From assembly GCA_964016885.1 (NCBI GenBank), contig OZ024763.1, forward strand, positions 15,810,001 to 15,874,000: 64,000 nucleotides of DNA, in the 5' to 3' direction. A program made the translations under genes and the position numbers. Shown in pieces: positions 12,516-22,500 of this stretch (its first letter is position 1; the number at the start of each line of letters is the position of its first letter). The notes below the pieces were generated by a model. That model did not search any database. It was not told the DNA's origin and saw only the letters and a list, made by a program, of their open reading frames with translations. The stretch comes from Eledone cirrhosa (lineage: Eukaryota).

Positions 12516-12744
12516 TAAATATGGTTTTATAAATATAGTTTCCATTTATTTAATATCATTGAATATTTACTCCAGTAACTTGTTGAGTGCTCTAAATCAG
12601 TTATAAACATTTATGTTTGTCGGACTTCCAACAAATTAAATACAACTTCTACATATATATATATATACACACACATATATATATATATATACATATACAC
12701 ATATATACATATATACACATATATACATATATATGTATATATAT

Positions 12745-13280
12745 TTCATCATCATTATTTTCGTTTAACGTCCATCTTCCATGTTAGCATGGGTTAAACT
12801 GGTTTTCCCCATTTAGAGGCAAGTTTGGTTGGGTGTCCGTGTCTCGCTCATATAGGATTGTTTCTGACTGGTTTTCTACGGCATTTACAGTGTGTGATGG
12901 GTGTTTTTTGTAATGACACCTGCATGACCACTTTACAGTGTGGACTGGGTGCTTTTTGTCGTGACACCTATATGACCACTTTACAGTGTGGACTGGGTGC
13001 TTTTTGTCGTGACACCTATATGACCACTTTACAGTGTGGACTGGGTGCTTTTTGTCGTGACACCTATATGACCACTTTACAGTATGGACTGGGTGCTTTT
13101 TGTCGTGACACCTATATGACCACTTTACAGTGTGGACTGGGTGCTTTTTGTCGTGACACCTATATGACCACTTTACAATGTGGACTGGGTGCTTTTTGTC
13201 GTGACACCTACATGACCACTTTACAGTGTGGACTGGGTGGTTTTTTTTTTTTTTGTCACCTACACAACCACTTTACAGCT
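12745..13280 (-). mobile_element. RTE-related retroposon 3' end with a 48-bp tandem array (about 8 copies, 12883-13279)
   Basis: (CAT)n tail and RTE-type end. Unit TTTACAGTGTGGACTGGGTGCTTTTTGTCGTGACACCTATATGACCAC. Confidence 0.8.
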
Positions 13281-13402
13281 GTACAAATCCCAACCAAGAT
13301 ACAGTTCTGTTTGAGCAAGGTAAACTTATATCATAACCTGGATGACATGTCTAACCTATGCAATCATGGGACATTAAATGATGATGATGATGATGATGAT
13401 AT

Positions 13403-14881
13403 ATCATCATCATCATCATCATCATCAACGTTTAACGTCCGTGTTCCACGCTTGCATGGGTTTGGACGGGGGTAGTCCCACTTGAGGCAAGAGTGATTGT
13501 CTTGCTCGCATAGGACTGTCTGGCAGGTTTTCTACAGTTGGATGCCCTTCCTAACACCAACCACATTTACAGTGTGGGTCTGGGAGGTTTTTACCGTGTT
13601 GCCTACACGGCCACATTACAGCGTGGACTGTGTGTTTTTTTGTCGTGACACCTACACGATCTCATTTGTTTCGGCCTCGATGGCGCGGCACCAACATAAC
13701 TTTACATAGAACGGGGGTGGTGTGGATCGGGTGGGGGTGGGGTGGGGGGGGGGGGGGGGGGGGGGGTGTATTTTGTTAGAGATGCCTACTGGCTGGAGTA
13801 GGTTTTACTATATATTTAGGTAAGGCGGGTCTTCTCTGTTACTGAGTACCGCCAAAGGTCTCGGTCCAGTGACATTGTCTTGGAGAGGTGTAAGTGTGTG
13901 ATGTCGGAGTTTATCAGCTCGTCCCAGGTTTTTCTAGGTCTGCCTATTCCGTGACTACCGTCTATCTTTATTGCCCTGCACTTTGTTATACAGCTATCGA
14001 CTTTCATGCGCATCACGTGTCCATACCAACGTAGCCTTCTCTCGAGTAAACAACATCTGATCCCTCTTATCTCTAATTTTTTCCTTAGTTCGTTTATGCT
14101 TTGCCGTTCACGTATATTACTGTTACACATCCAGCGGAGCATGCAAGCTTCGTTCCTCTCTAGTCTGCGTATATCCTCTGCACACAATGCCCAGGTCTCA
14201 CTGCCATGCAGCATTGCTGTTCGTATGCAGGCATCGTACAACCTGCCTTTCATTTTTAGTGAGAACCCTTTAGCAGCTAATAGTGGTATAAGCTCTCTGA
14301 ACTTTTTCCAACCAGTTCTGACTCTAGCTACAGTACTTTCAGAGCACCCTCCCCCACTGCTGATTTTATCGCCCAGGTAACGGAAGCTGTCCACTATTTC
14401 TATAGAACCCTCTGCGCAATTGAAAGAGCTAGTAGTTTGTGGGCACTTGCTGCTACTTATTGCACCAGAGCACCGGCCACATGTAAAATCTATGTTCTTA
14501 GTTAGCTTACCTGTGATCCCACTACATCTTTTATGCACCCATACTTTGCATTTAGGACATAAAATGGAGTTTCTACCTACGCCTTTCCTACACACCGAGC
14601 ACGACCATTTCCCAGAAGGGACCGCCGCCTTGTTTTCTTTCCTACAAACTAGTACTTTGGTCTTAGCCAGGTTAATTTTAAGTCCTTTTGACTCTAGGCC
14701 GTGCTTCCATGTTTGGAATTTCTTCTCTAGCTCGGCCATTGATTCCGCTATGAGTGTCAGGTCGTCTGCGTATAGGAGTTCCCATGGGCAGCCTGTCTTG
14801 AACTCCTCTGTTATAGCCTGAAGGGCAATAATAAATAGTAGTGGACTGAGAACAGAGCCCTGATGGACGCCAACTTTTACG

Positions 14882-14882
<1 letters not shown>
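13403..14882 (-). mobile_element. 5'-truncated RTE-clade LINE (~1.5 kb)
   Basis: RT ORF fragment, ~390-bp 3' UTR and (GAT)n tail. The 5' end abuts (TA)n. Confidence 0.92.
13816..14882 (-). CDS. Reverse transcriptase C-terminal part with an inserted PHD-type zinc finger (partial, frame uninterrupted)
   Basis: GVHQGSVLSPLLF, LLYADDL, GLKINLAKTK, FRYLG and RLRWYGHVMR, plus a Cys4-His-Cys3 motif at 14470-14601. The annotated start at 14925 lies in (TA)n and is not real. Confidence 0.9.
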
Positions 14883-14922
<40 letters not shown>

Positions 14923-15093
14923 CACAGATTAAAAGTTTAAGCAAACAATTTCTAAAGGGTGAAAACAGAAATTGTTTGCTTAAACATTTAATCTGTGTTA
15001 ATAATAAATATTCACTCTACGGGTTATATAATATTTATATAGATGTGGGTTCTGTAAGCCATAGTGAAGGCAATCCATCTGGGAGAGCAGACA

Positions 15094-15470
15094 CCATCAT
15101 CATCATCATCATCGATTAATGTCCATCTTCCATGCTAGCATGGGTTAGACGGGTTCCATTTAGAAGCAAGTTGGGTCGGGTGACCGTGTCTCACTCATAT
15201 ATGGGTGTTTCTGGCTGGTTTCCTACGGCTGGCTGCCCTTCCTAACGCCAAATAAAAACTAACACAGGGTGGAAAGGACTCTTGAGTCCAGTAAGACAAC
15301 CTCTCAAGTGTTGGTGGCACAAATAATGCACCCAGTCCACACTGTAAGGTGGTTGGTGATAGGAAGGGCATCCAGCCAGAAAAACTCTGCTAAAATATGA
15401 GTCCAACCCATGCATGTGTGGAAAAGTGAACATAAAAAGATGATGCTGATGATGATGATGGTGGTGATAT
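15094..15470. mobile_element. Two short RTE-related 3' ends in opposite orientation
   Basis: A (CAT)n-led end at about 15094-15250 (-) and a GGTTGGTGATAGGAAGGGCATCC..(GAT)n end at about 15325-15470 (+). Confidence 0.65.
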
Positions 15471-15502
15471 CTATCTATCTATCTGTCTATCTATTTATCT
15501 AT

Positions 15503-15898
15503 ATCATCACCATCATCAACATCATCATCGCTTAACGTCCATCTTCCACGCTAGCATGGGTTGGACGGGAGACCGTGTCTCACTCATACAGTCTCTGGCA
15601 GGTCTTCTACAGCTGGATGCCCTTCCTAACACCAACCACATTTACAGTGTGGACTGGGTGCTTTTTGTTGTGTCTCCTACACGAGCACTTTAGAGTGGAC
15701 GGAAGTGGGAAGACGGAGTAGGGTGTGTGTGAGTGGGGTGTATATTGAGTTAAGTGGTGGCTACTGACTGTAGGTTTAAGTTTGTATGCAAGGGAAGGCG
15801 GGTCTTCTGTACAACTGCATGGCACCAAAGATCTTCATCCAGTGACATTGTCTTAGAGAGGTGTAAGTAAGCAAGGTCAATTTTCATCACCTCGTCCC
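15503..15898 (-). mobile_element. RTE LINE 3' end
   Basis: Encodes ..LHLSKTMSLDEDLWCHAVVQKTRL, followed by the same UTR module and tail. Confidence 0.8.
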
Positions 15899-16156
15899 TG
15901 TTTTTTTTTTGTTCTACCCAGTCCGTAGCTTCCATCAATATATATATTGAAGTGACCGAGACCCCCTAGCAGACACTGAAGAGGGGACCTGTCACATGTT
16001 TGTGCTTTCCTTTTATTTCTAAATACAGTTTATCAAGTAACCACACAGCCCCTTGTTCCTTCTAAATTTTTGTTAATTTTTTGCTGTGACCTGTTCTTTC
16101 TCTCCATCTCCCTTATTATTAACTCTTTCCCTTTCTCTCTCCTTCTCACTTATACC

Positions 16157-16583
16157 CTCTTTCTCTCTGCTCCCTTACTACCGTTTTCTCTCGTCTGCCT
16201 CTTTCTCTCTGTTCCCTTACTACCGTTTTCTCTCGTCTGCCTCTTTCTCTCTGCTCCCTTACTACCGTTTTCTCTCGTCTGCCTCTTTCTCTCTGCTCCC
16301 TTACTACCGCTTTCTCTCGTCTGCCTCTTTCTCTCTGCTCCCTTACTACCGTTTTCTCTCGTCTGCCTCTTTCTCTCTGTTCCCTTACTACCGCTTTCTC
16401 TCGTCTGCCTCTTTCTCTCTGCTCCCTTACTACCGTTTTCTCTCGTCTGCCTCTTTCTCTCTGTTCCCTTACTACCGTTTTCTCTCGTCTGCCTCTTTCT
16501 CTCTGCTCCCTTACTACCGTTTTCTCTCGTCTGCCTCTTTCTCTCTGCTCCCTTACTACCGTTTTCTCTCGTCTGCCTCTTTT
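16157..16583. repeat. 42-bp minisatellite, about 10 copies
   Basis: Unit CTCTTTCTCTCTG(C/T)TCCCTTACTACCG(T/C)TTTCTCTCGTCTGC. Confidence 0.95.
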
Positions 16584-16776
16584 CCCCTACTCCCACCAAG
16601 GTTAAACTTGTTTTTCTTCACTCTCCCTATCTTGCTGTCAATAAGACCTCTGCCTCATGTCCAGCCACCGGTTTGACTTCCCTCTCTCTCCCGGTTACTT
16701 ACATACTTGTGCTTCTCCTCGTCCCCCCCACCCCTTTATCAGTATGTTTTCTGCACCTTTTTTCTCTTTTTTTCCT

Positions 16777-16877
16777 TCCCCAATAACTTACAAAAGTTAT
16801 TGATACACTGGAGATAGATATATTGTCTTTAATGCGTTGAAATGTCCAAGACCCCCAGCAGACAACTGATGAGGGGA
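16777..16877 (+). ncRNA. Non-circularly permuted (pseudoknotted) hammerhead ribozyme candidate
   Basis: Strand order GATAT-A-TTGTC ... TGAAATGTC ... GACAA-CTGATGA-G. Its helices covary with the copy at 51107-51210. Confidence 0.65.
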
Positions 16878-17049
16878 CCTCTCCCTTGTTTGTGCTTTCC
16901 TTTTATTTCTAAATACAGTTTATCAAGTAACACACACAGCCCCTTGTTCCTTCTAAATTTATATATATGTATATATCGATCAACTTTCGTCAAATTGGAC
17001 CAACTAAACAATGTTTCCGTGGGTCTTTCCAGTTGCTAGTACTATGTAT

Positions 17050-17275
17050 TTATATCTGTATTGTTGACCGTTGGTCAGTCAATGATAAACATTGATGGCC
17101 GAATGAATTAACTGTGGAGATATAAAAGATACAGAAGCGAAAACCAACCAAACAGTGAGTGTGTTCTGTTATTTGTTTTCTGTTATATGTGTTCTGTTAT
17201 GTGTGTTCTGGCAATATTATTACAACAATATGACCCTCCCCAAGTATAACAATATCTGTTTCGACACACGATTTC
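17050..17275 (+). mobile_element. Family B terminus
   Basis: Homologous to 2322-2490 (reverse complement) and 29505-29680. Confidence 0.55.
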
Positions 17276-17284
17276 ATATTAAAA

Positions 17285-18000
17285 ACTGAGGTTAGCTGGA
17301 CACATGCTCACCGATATCCAGAGTTGACACTGCACTCAGTGCTCCTGTGGGAGCCCCTGCATGGACACACTGGAAGAGGAAGACTGAGGTTAGCTGGACA
17401 TGCTCACCGATATCCAGAGTTGACACTGCACTCAGTGCTCCTGTGGGAGCCCCTGCATGGACACACTGGAAGAGGAAGACTGAGGTTAGCTGGACATGCT
17501 CACCGATATCCAGAGTTGACACTGCACTCAGTGCTTCTGTGGGAGCCCCTGCATGGACACACTGGAAGAGGAAGACTGAGGTTAGCTGGACATGCTCACC
17601 GATATCCAGAGTTGACACTGCACTCAGTGCTTCTGTGGGAGCCCCTGCATGGACACACTGGAAGAGGAAGACTGAGGTTAGCTGGACATGCTCACCGATA
17701 TCCAGAGTTGACACTGCACTCAGTGCTTCTGTGGGAGCCCCTGCATGGACACACTGGAAGAGGAAGACTGAGGTTAGCCGGACATGCTCACCGATATCCA
17801 GAGTTGACACTGCACTCAGTGCTCCTGTGGGAGCCCCTGTATGAACACACTGGAAGAGGAAGACCAAGGTTAACATATGTTGATGCCCTAAGGACAGACA
17901 CTGGTCTGTTGGAGACGCAGGACATGGCAGCGATGATGAGGGACAGAGACCGCTGGAGAGAACTCGTCTATGGATCTAGGGAATTTTACCCACCCAAGAT
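17285..18000 (+). mobile_element. Non-LTR (RTE-like) ORF C-terminus with an in-frame 96-bp unit amplified about 6 times
   Basis: RLRLAGHAHRYPELTLHSVLLWEPLHGHTGRG repeated, then RPRLTYVDALRTDTG..MMRDRDRWRELV, typical of RTE-group C-termini. Confidence 0.8.
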
Positions 18001-18097
18001 AGATATATATATATTTCCAAGGGGGGTGCCACAGCATAGCCTCAGCCAGTTGGCTGGAACAAGTAAAAGAGTAAATACACACACACACACACACACA

Positions 18098-18560
18098 TTG
18101 ATACACTTTGGGAGGGGCATGCTGCCATTAAAAACACTTGCACCTGTTGGTTTTCACATCAGTTTATTATTTTTATTTCACAGTCTGCTAGTTTAATAAC
18201 CTGATGGTTGTTTATTTATTGTCAAAGCTCTTTTATCACCTCTTTTGTGTCCTCAGTCACTTTTATTATTTTGTGTCTCTGCTTTGTCCTGTCCTACATA
18301 ATCTTATTTTGTGTAACAAGATGCTGTAGGACAAAATAAAGTAGACACAAAAAATAACAAATTAATCACTGAGGAGGTTACAGAATGGGTCACGAAAAGG
18401 CTATGACAATAAACAAATAAACAATCATTTGGTTATTAAACTAACCGACTGGAGGGTTATAACAAATTGAATTGAAAATCAACAGGTGCATGCGTTTTTA
18501 TTGGGAGCATGACCCTCCCAAAGTATAACAATATCTGTTTCAACAGATCTTGCAAAACAA
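18098..18560 (+). mobile_element. Diverged fold-back element (family B) with a degenerate hammerhead at ~18366-18405
   Basis: Inverted arms at about 18098-18300 and 18324-18530. Motif TCA-CTGAGGA-G..C-GAAA-AGGC-TA-TGA. Confidence 0.55.
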
Positions 18561-18585
18561 ATACATATGTATATATATATATATA

Positions 18586-18795
18586 TCATCATCATTTTAC
18601 GTCCGCTTTTCCCTGCTTGCAAGGGTGGGATGGGAACTGATTCTGGCTTGATTTCTACAGCTGGATGCCCTTCCTAACACCAACCTCATTTACAGTGAGT
18701 GCTGGGTGCTTTTTTTTCCGTGGCGCCTACACGTCCACTTTACAGTGTGGGCTGGGTGCTTTTTTGCTGTGGCACCTCCACGACCACTTTGCAGT
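18586..18795 (-). mobile_element. RTE-related module carrying the tail of the second RTE family
   Basis: The tail is nearly identical to 2569-2612 and is joined to the GTTAGGAAGGGCATCCAGCTGTAGAAA module. Confidence 0.65.
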
Positions 18796-18827
18796 GGAAT
18801 GATAGGGACCCCAGTCCCTATCATCTC

Positions 18828-18968
18828 ATTTCTACAGCTGAGTAAACTGGAGCAATGTGAAATAAAGTGTCTTGCTCAAGGAAACAACACATCACCTGGT
18901 CTGAGAATTGAACTCACAACCTTTCGATTGCAAGGCCAATGCTCTAACCACTAAGCCATGTGCCTCCA
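18828..18968 (-). mobile_element. tRNA-derived CORE-type SINE, family 2
   Basis: Reverse complement: TGGCTTAGTGGTTAGAGCATT..GAGTTCAATTCTC..TCCTTGAGCAAGACACTT (CORE-like). Other copies lie at 41915-42138 and 62308-62510. Confidence 0.75.
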
Positions 18969-19019
18969 TATATAAATATATGACAAGTAAATGTGTTTTG
19001 AAACAGGGAGCTAATTTGA

Positions 19020-19308
19020 AATTAGAAATAGAAGCTTGCGCCATATTTTTGACTAAAGAAATTTTTAGCCTGATAGTGGGGTTTAGAACCTTAGAAATGG
19101 AAAAAGATGAGTTTTGACGTCCCTGGGAGTCGAACCCACATCTTTGGTAATCCAGACTACTGTACTACCATTACACCAACACATGATGTGTGGGTGTAAT
19201 GGTAGGTCAGTGGTCTGGATAACCAAAGATGTGGGTTCGACTTCCATCTTTTTCCAAGCTAAAAAATGTTGTTAGTCAAAAATACAGCAAAAGCTTCTAT
19301 TTCTAATT
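19020..19308. repeat. Fold-back containing two inverted tRNA-like heads
   Basis: 19130-19181 is the reverse complement of 19193-19245 (GGTGTAATGGTAG..GGGTTCGACT). The outer arms are AATTAGAAATAGAAGCTT / AAGCTTCTATTTCTAATT. Confidence 0.7.
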
Positions 19309-19325
19309 ATATATATATAAATATA

Positions 19326-19502
19326 TAGGAAAAGAGTGAAAACCCCCGACAGCTGAGCTCCAGCAGTGCTGACCTAGCTGTCGAAACGGCCGGAGCTCAG
19401 CTGTCGGGGTCCTGACTATTTTCCTATTACCGACTCTGCTACCCTAAGTATTGAGTACTCTGGTGCATTATGGTCCACCTGGTATCTTACCACACCCTCT
19501 TT

Positions 19503-19507
<5 letters not shown>
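19326..19507 (+). mobile_element. Fold-back element, family A
   Basis: Homologous to 321-508. Confidence 0.65.
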
Positions 19508-19556
<49 letters not shown>

Positions 19557-19560
<4 letters not shown>

Positions 19561-22500
19561 ATGGGTGGTTGGATGGCTGGATGGCTGGATGGTTACCTGG
19601 ATGGTTGGATGGTTACCTGGGTGGGTGGATGGATGGATGGTTACCTGGGTGGTTACCTGGGTGGGTGGATGGATGGATGGTTACCTGAGTGGTTGGATGG
19701 CTGGCTGGATGGTTACCTGGGTGGTTGGATGGCTGGCTGGATGGTTACCTGGGTGGTTGGATGGCTGGATGGTTACCTGGGTGGTTGGATGGCTGGATGG
19801 TTACCTGGGTGGTTGGATGGCTGGATGGTTACCTGGGTGGTTGGATGGCTGGCTGGTTACCTGGGTGGCTGGATGGTTACCTGGGTGGGTGGATGGCTGG
19901 ATGGTTACCTGGGTGGTTGGATGGTTACCTGGGTGGGTGGATGGTTACCTGGGTGGGTGGATGGTTGGATGGTTACCTGGGTGGTTGGATGGTTGGATGG
20001 TTACCTGGGTGGTTGGATGGCTGGATGGTTACCTGGGTGGCTGGATGGTTACCTGGCTGGTTGGTTGGATGGCTGGATGGTTACCTGGGTGGTTGGATGG
20101 ATGGCTGGATGGTTACCTGGGTGGTTGGATGGCTGGCTGGATGGTTACCTGGGTGGTTGGATGGATGGCTGGATGGTTACCTGGGTGGTTGGATGGATGG
20201 CTGGATGGTTACCTGGGTGGTTGGATTGCTGGATGGTTACCTGGGTGGTTGGATGGTTACCTGGGTGGGTGGATGGCTGGATGGTTACCTGGGTGGTTGG
20301 ATGGATGGCTAGCCTAGCTGGTCTGGCTGGTCTGGCTGGTCTGGCTGGCAGCAAAGTCAGGTGACTGGTCTTCACAAAGAATCTGATGACTAGTTTTAAG
20401 GTGAGTGAATTGTGAGGAACTCACTGGCTAGCTTAGCTGGCTGCTGGTTGGATGGTTGGTTGGATGGTTAGATAGTTGAATGGCTGGTGGGCAGGCTAGC
20501 TAGCTGGATGAGTGGTTAGATGGTAGGCTACCTAGATGGATGGTTAGCTGGCTGGAATATGGAGGGATGACTGGTTTGCTGGATGGATGGATGGATGGTT
20601 AGATATTTGAACAACTGGTTGGTGTGCTAGCTGGCTGGATGAGTGGTTAGATGGTAGGCTACCTAGATGGATGGTTAGCTGGCTGGAATATGGAGGGATG
20701 ACTGGTTTGCTGGATGGATGGATGGATGGTTAGATATTTGAACAACTGGTTGGTGTGCTAGCTGGCTGGATGAGTGGTTAGATGGTAGGCTACCTAGATG
20801 GATGGTTAGCTGGCTGGAATATGGAGGGATGACTGGTTTGCTGGATGGATGGATGGATGGATGGTTAGATATTTGAATGACTGGTTGGTGTGCTAGCTGG
20901 CTGGATGAGTGGTTAGATGGTATGCTACCTAACTGGATGGATGGTTGGCTGGCTCAAGGATGGAGGGATGACTGGTTTGCTGACTGGCTGGCTGGGTGGT
21001 TAGATGGATGGTTAGATAGCTGGCTGGATGGTTAGATAGTTGAATGGCTGGTTGGTGGGCTAGCTGGCTGGATGAGTGGTTAGATGGTATGCTACCTAGC
21101 TGGATGGTTGGTTGGCTGGCTGGTTAGGAGGGAGGTATGACTGGTTTACTGGCTGGCTGGATGGTTAGATGGCTGGATGGGTGGTCAGCTGGTTGGCAAG
21201 TAAGCAGGCTGCTGGATGAATTGCTGGTTGGGTGGGATGGTTGGATGGTTAGATAGTTGAATGGCTGGTTGGCAGGCTAGCTGGCTGACTGGATGGTTAG
21301 ATAGCTAGATGGTTAGATGGCTGGCTGGTTAGATGGCTGGTTTGCTGATTGAGTGGCTAGCTAGCTGGATGGTTGGCTGGTTTGATGATTGAGTGGCTGG
21401 CTAGCTGGATGGTTGGCTGGTTAGATGGCTGGTTTGCTGATTGAGTGGCTGGCTGGCTAGCTGGATGGTTGGCTGGTTATTTGGCTGGTTTGCTGATTGA
21501 GTGGCTGGCTGGCTAGCTGGATGGTTGGCTGGTTATTTGGCTGGTTTGCTGATTGAGTGGCTGGCTGGCTAGCTGGATGGTTGGCTGGTTAGATGGCTGG
21601 TTTGCTGATTGAGTGGCTGGCTGGCTAGCTGGATGGTTGGCTGGTTAGATGGCTGGTTTGCTGATTGAGTGGCTGGCTGGCTGGGAGCTGGATGGTTGGC
21701 TGGTTTGATGGCTGGTCTGCTGATTGAGTGGCTGGCTGGCTGGGAGCTGGATGGTTGGCTGGTTTGATGGCTGGTTTGCTGATTGAGTGGCTGGGTGGCT
21801 GGGTGCTGGATGGTTGGCTGGTTAGATGGCTGGTTTGCTGATTGAGTGGCTGGCTGGCTGGGGGCTGGATGGTTGGCTGGTTTGATGGCTGGTTTGCTGA
21901 TTGAGTGGCTGGCTGGCTGGGAGCTGGATGGTTGGCTGGTTTGCTGATTGAGTGGCTGGCTGGCTGGGAGCTGGATGGTTGGCTGGTCTGCTGATTGAGT
22001 GGCTGGCTGGGAGCTGGATGGTTGGCTGGTTTGTTGATTGAGTGGCTGGCTGGCTAGCTGGATGGTTGGCTGGTTGTTTGGTTTCGGAAAGCAGCAGCCT
22101 GTCTGTTTAGTGGGGGAAACCTGCTGCAGGAGTGGAACAGAAGGCTAGCTGTCTAAAATGGTGTTATATGGTAAATAGTAGCTAGCTGATAGAGGTGAGT
22201 GGTTGGCTGGCTGGTAGGCTGGTTGGGTAGTTGGTTGGTTGGCTGGATGGTTGGGTGGTTGGGTGGTTGGGTAGTTGGTTGGTTGGCTGGTTGGGTGGTT
22301 GGCTGGATGGTTGGGTGGTTGGGTGGTTGGGTAGTTGGTTGGTTGGCTGGTTGGGTGGTTGGCTGGATGGTTGGGTGGTTGGTTGGTTGGGTAGTTGGTT
22401 GGTTGGGTGGTTGGTTGGCTGGTTGCCTGGATGGTTGGGTGGTTGGGTAGTTGGTTGGTTGGCTGGTTGGGTGGTTGGCTGGATGGTTGGTTGGGTAGTT

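Larger units (their letters stand above)
12240..12653 (+). mobile_element. Fold-back PLE remnant, family D (inverted pLTRs plus ~90-bp tail)
   Basis: Arms at 12240-12353 and 12446-12559, tail at 12560-12653. A homologue lies on the - strand at 37858-38056. Confidence 0.75.
15945..16960 (+). mobile_element. PLE-like element with ~125-bp direct repeats (15945-16069 and 16836-16960)
   Basis: Both repeats share GACCCCC.AGCAGACA(A)CTGA(A/T)GAGGGGACC..TTCTAAATTT. The full 3' copy holds the permuted hammerhead. Confidence 0.55.
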
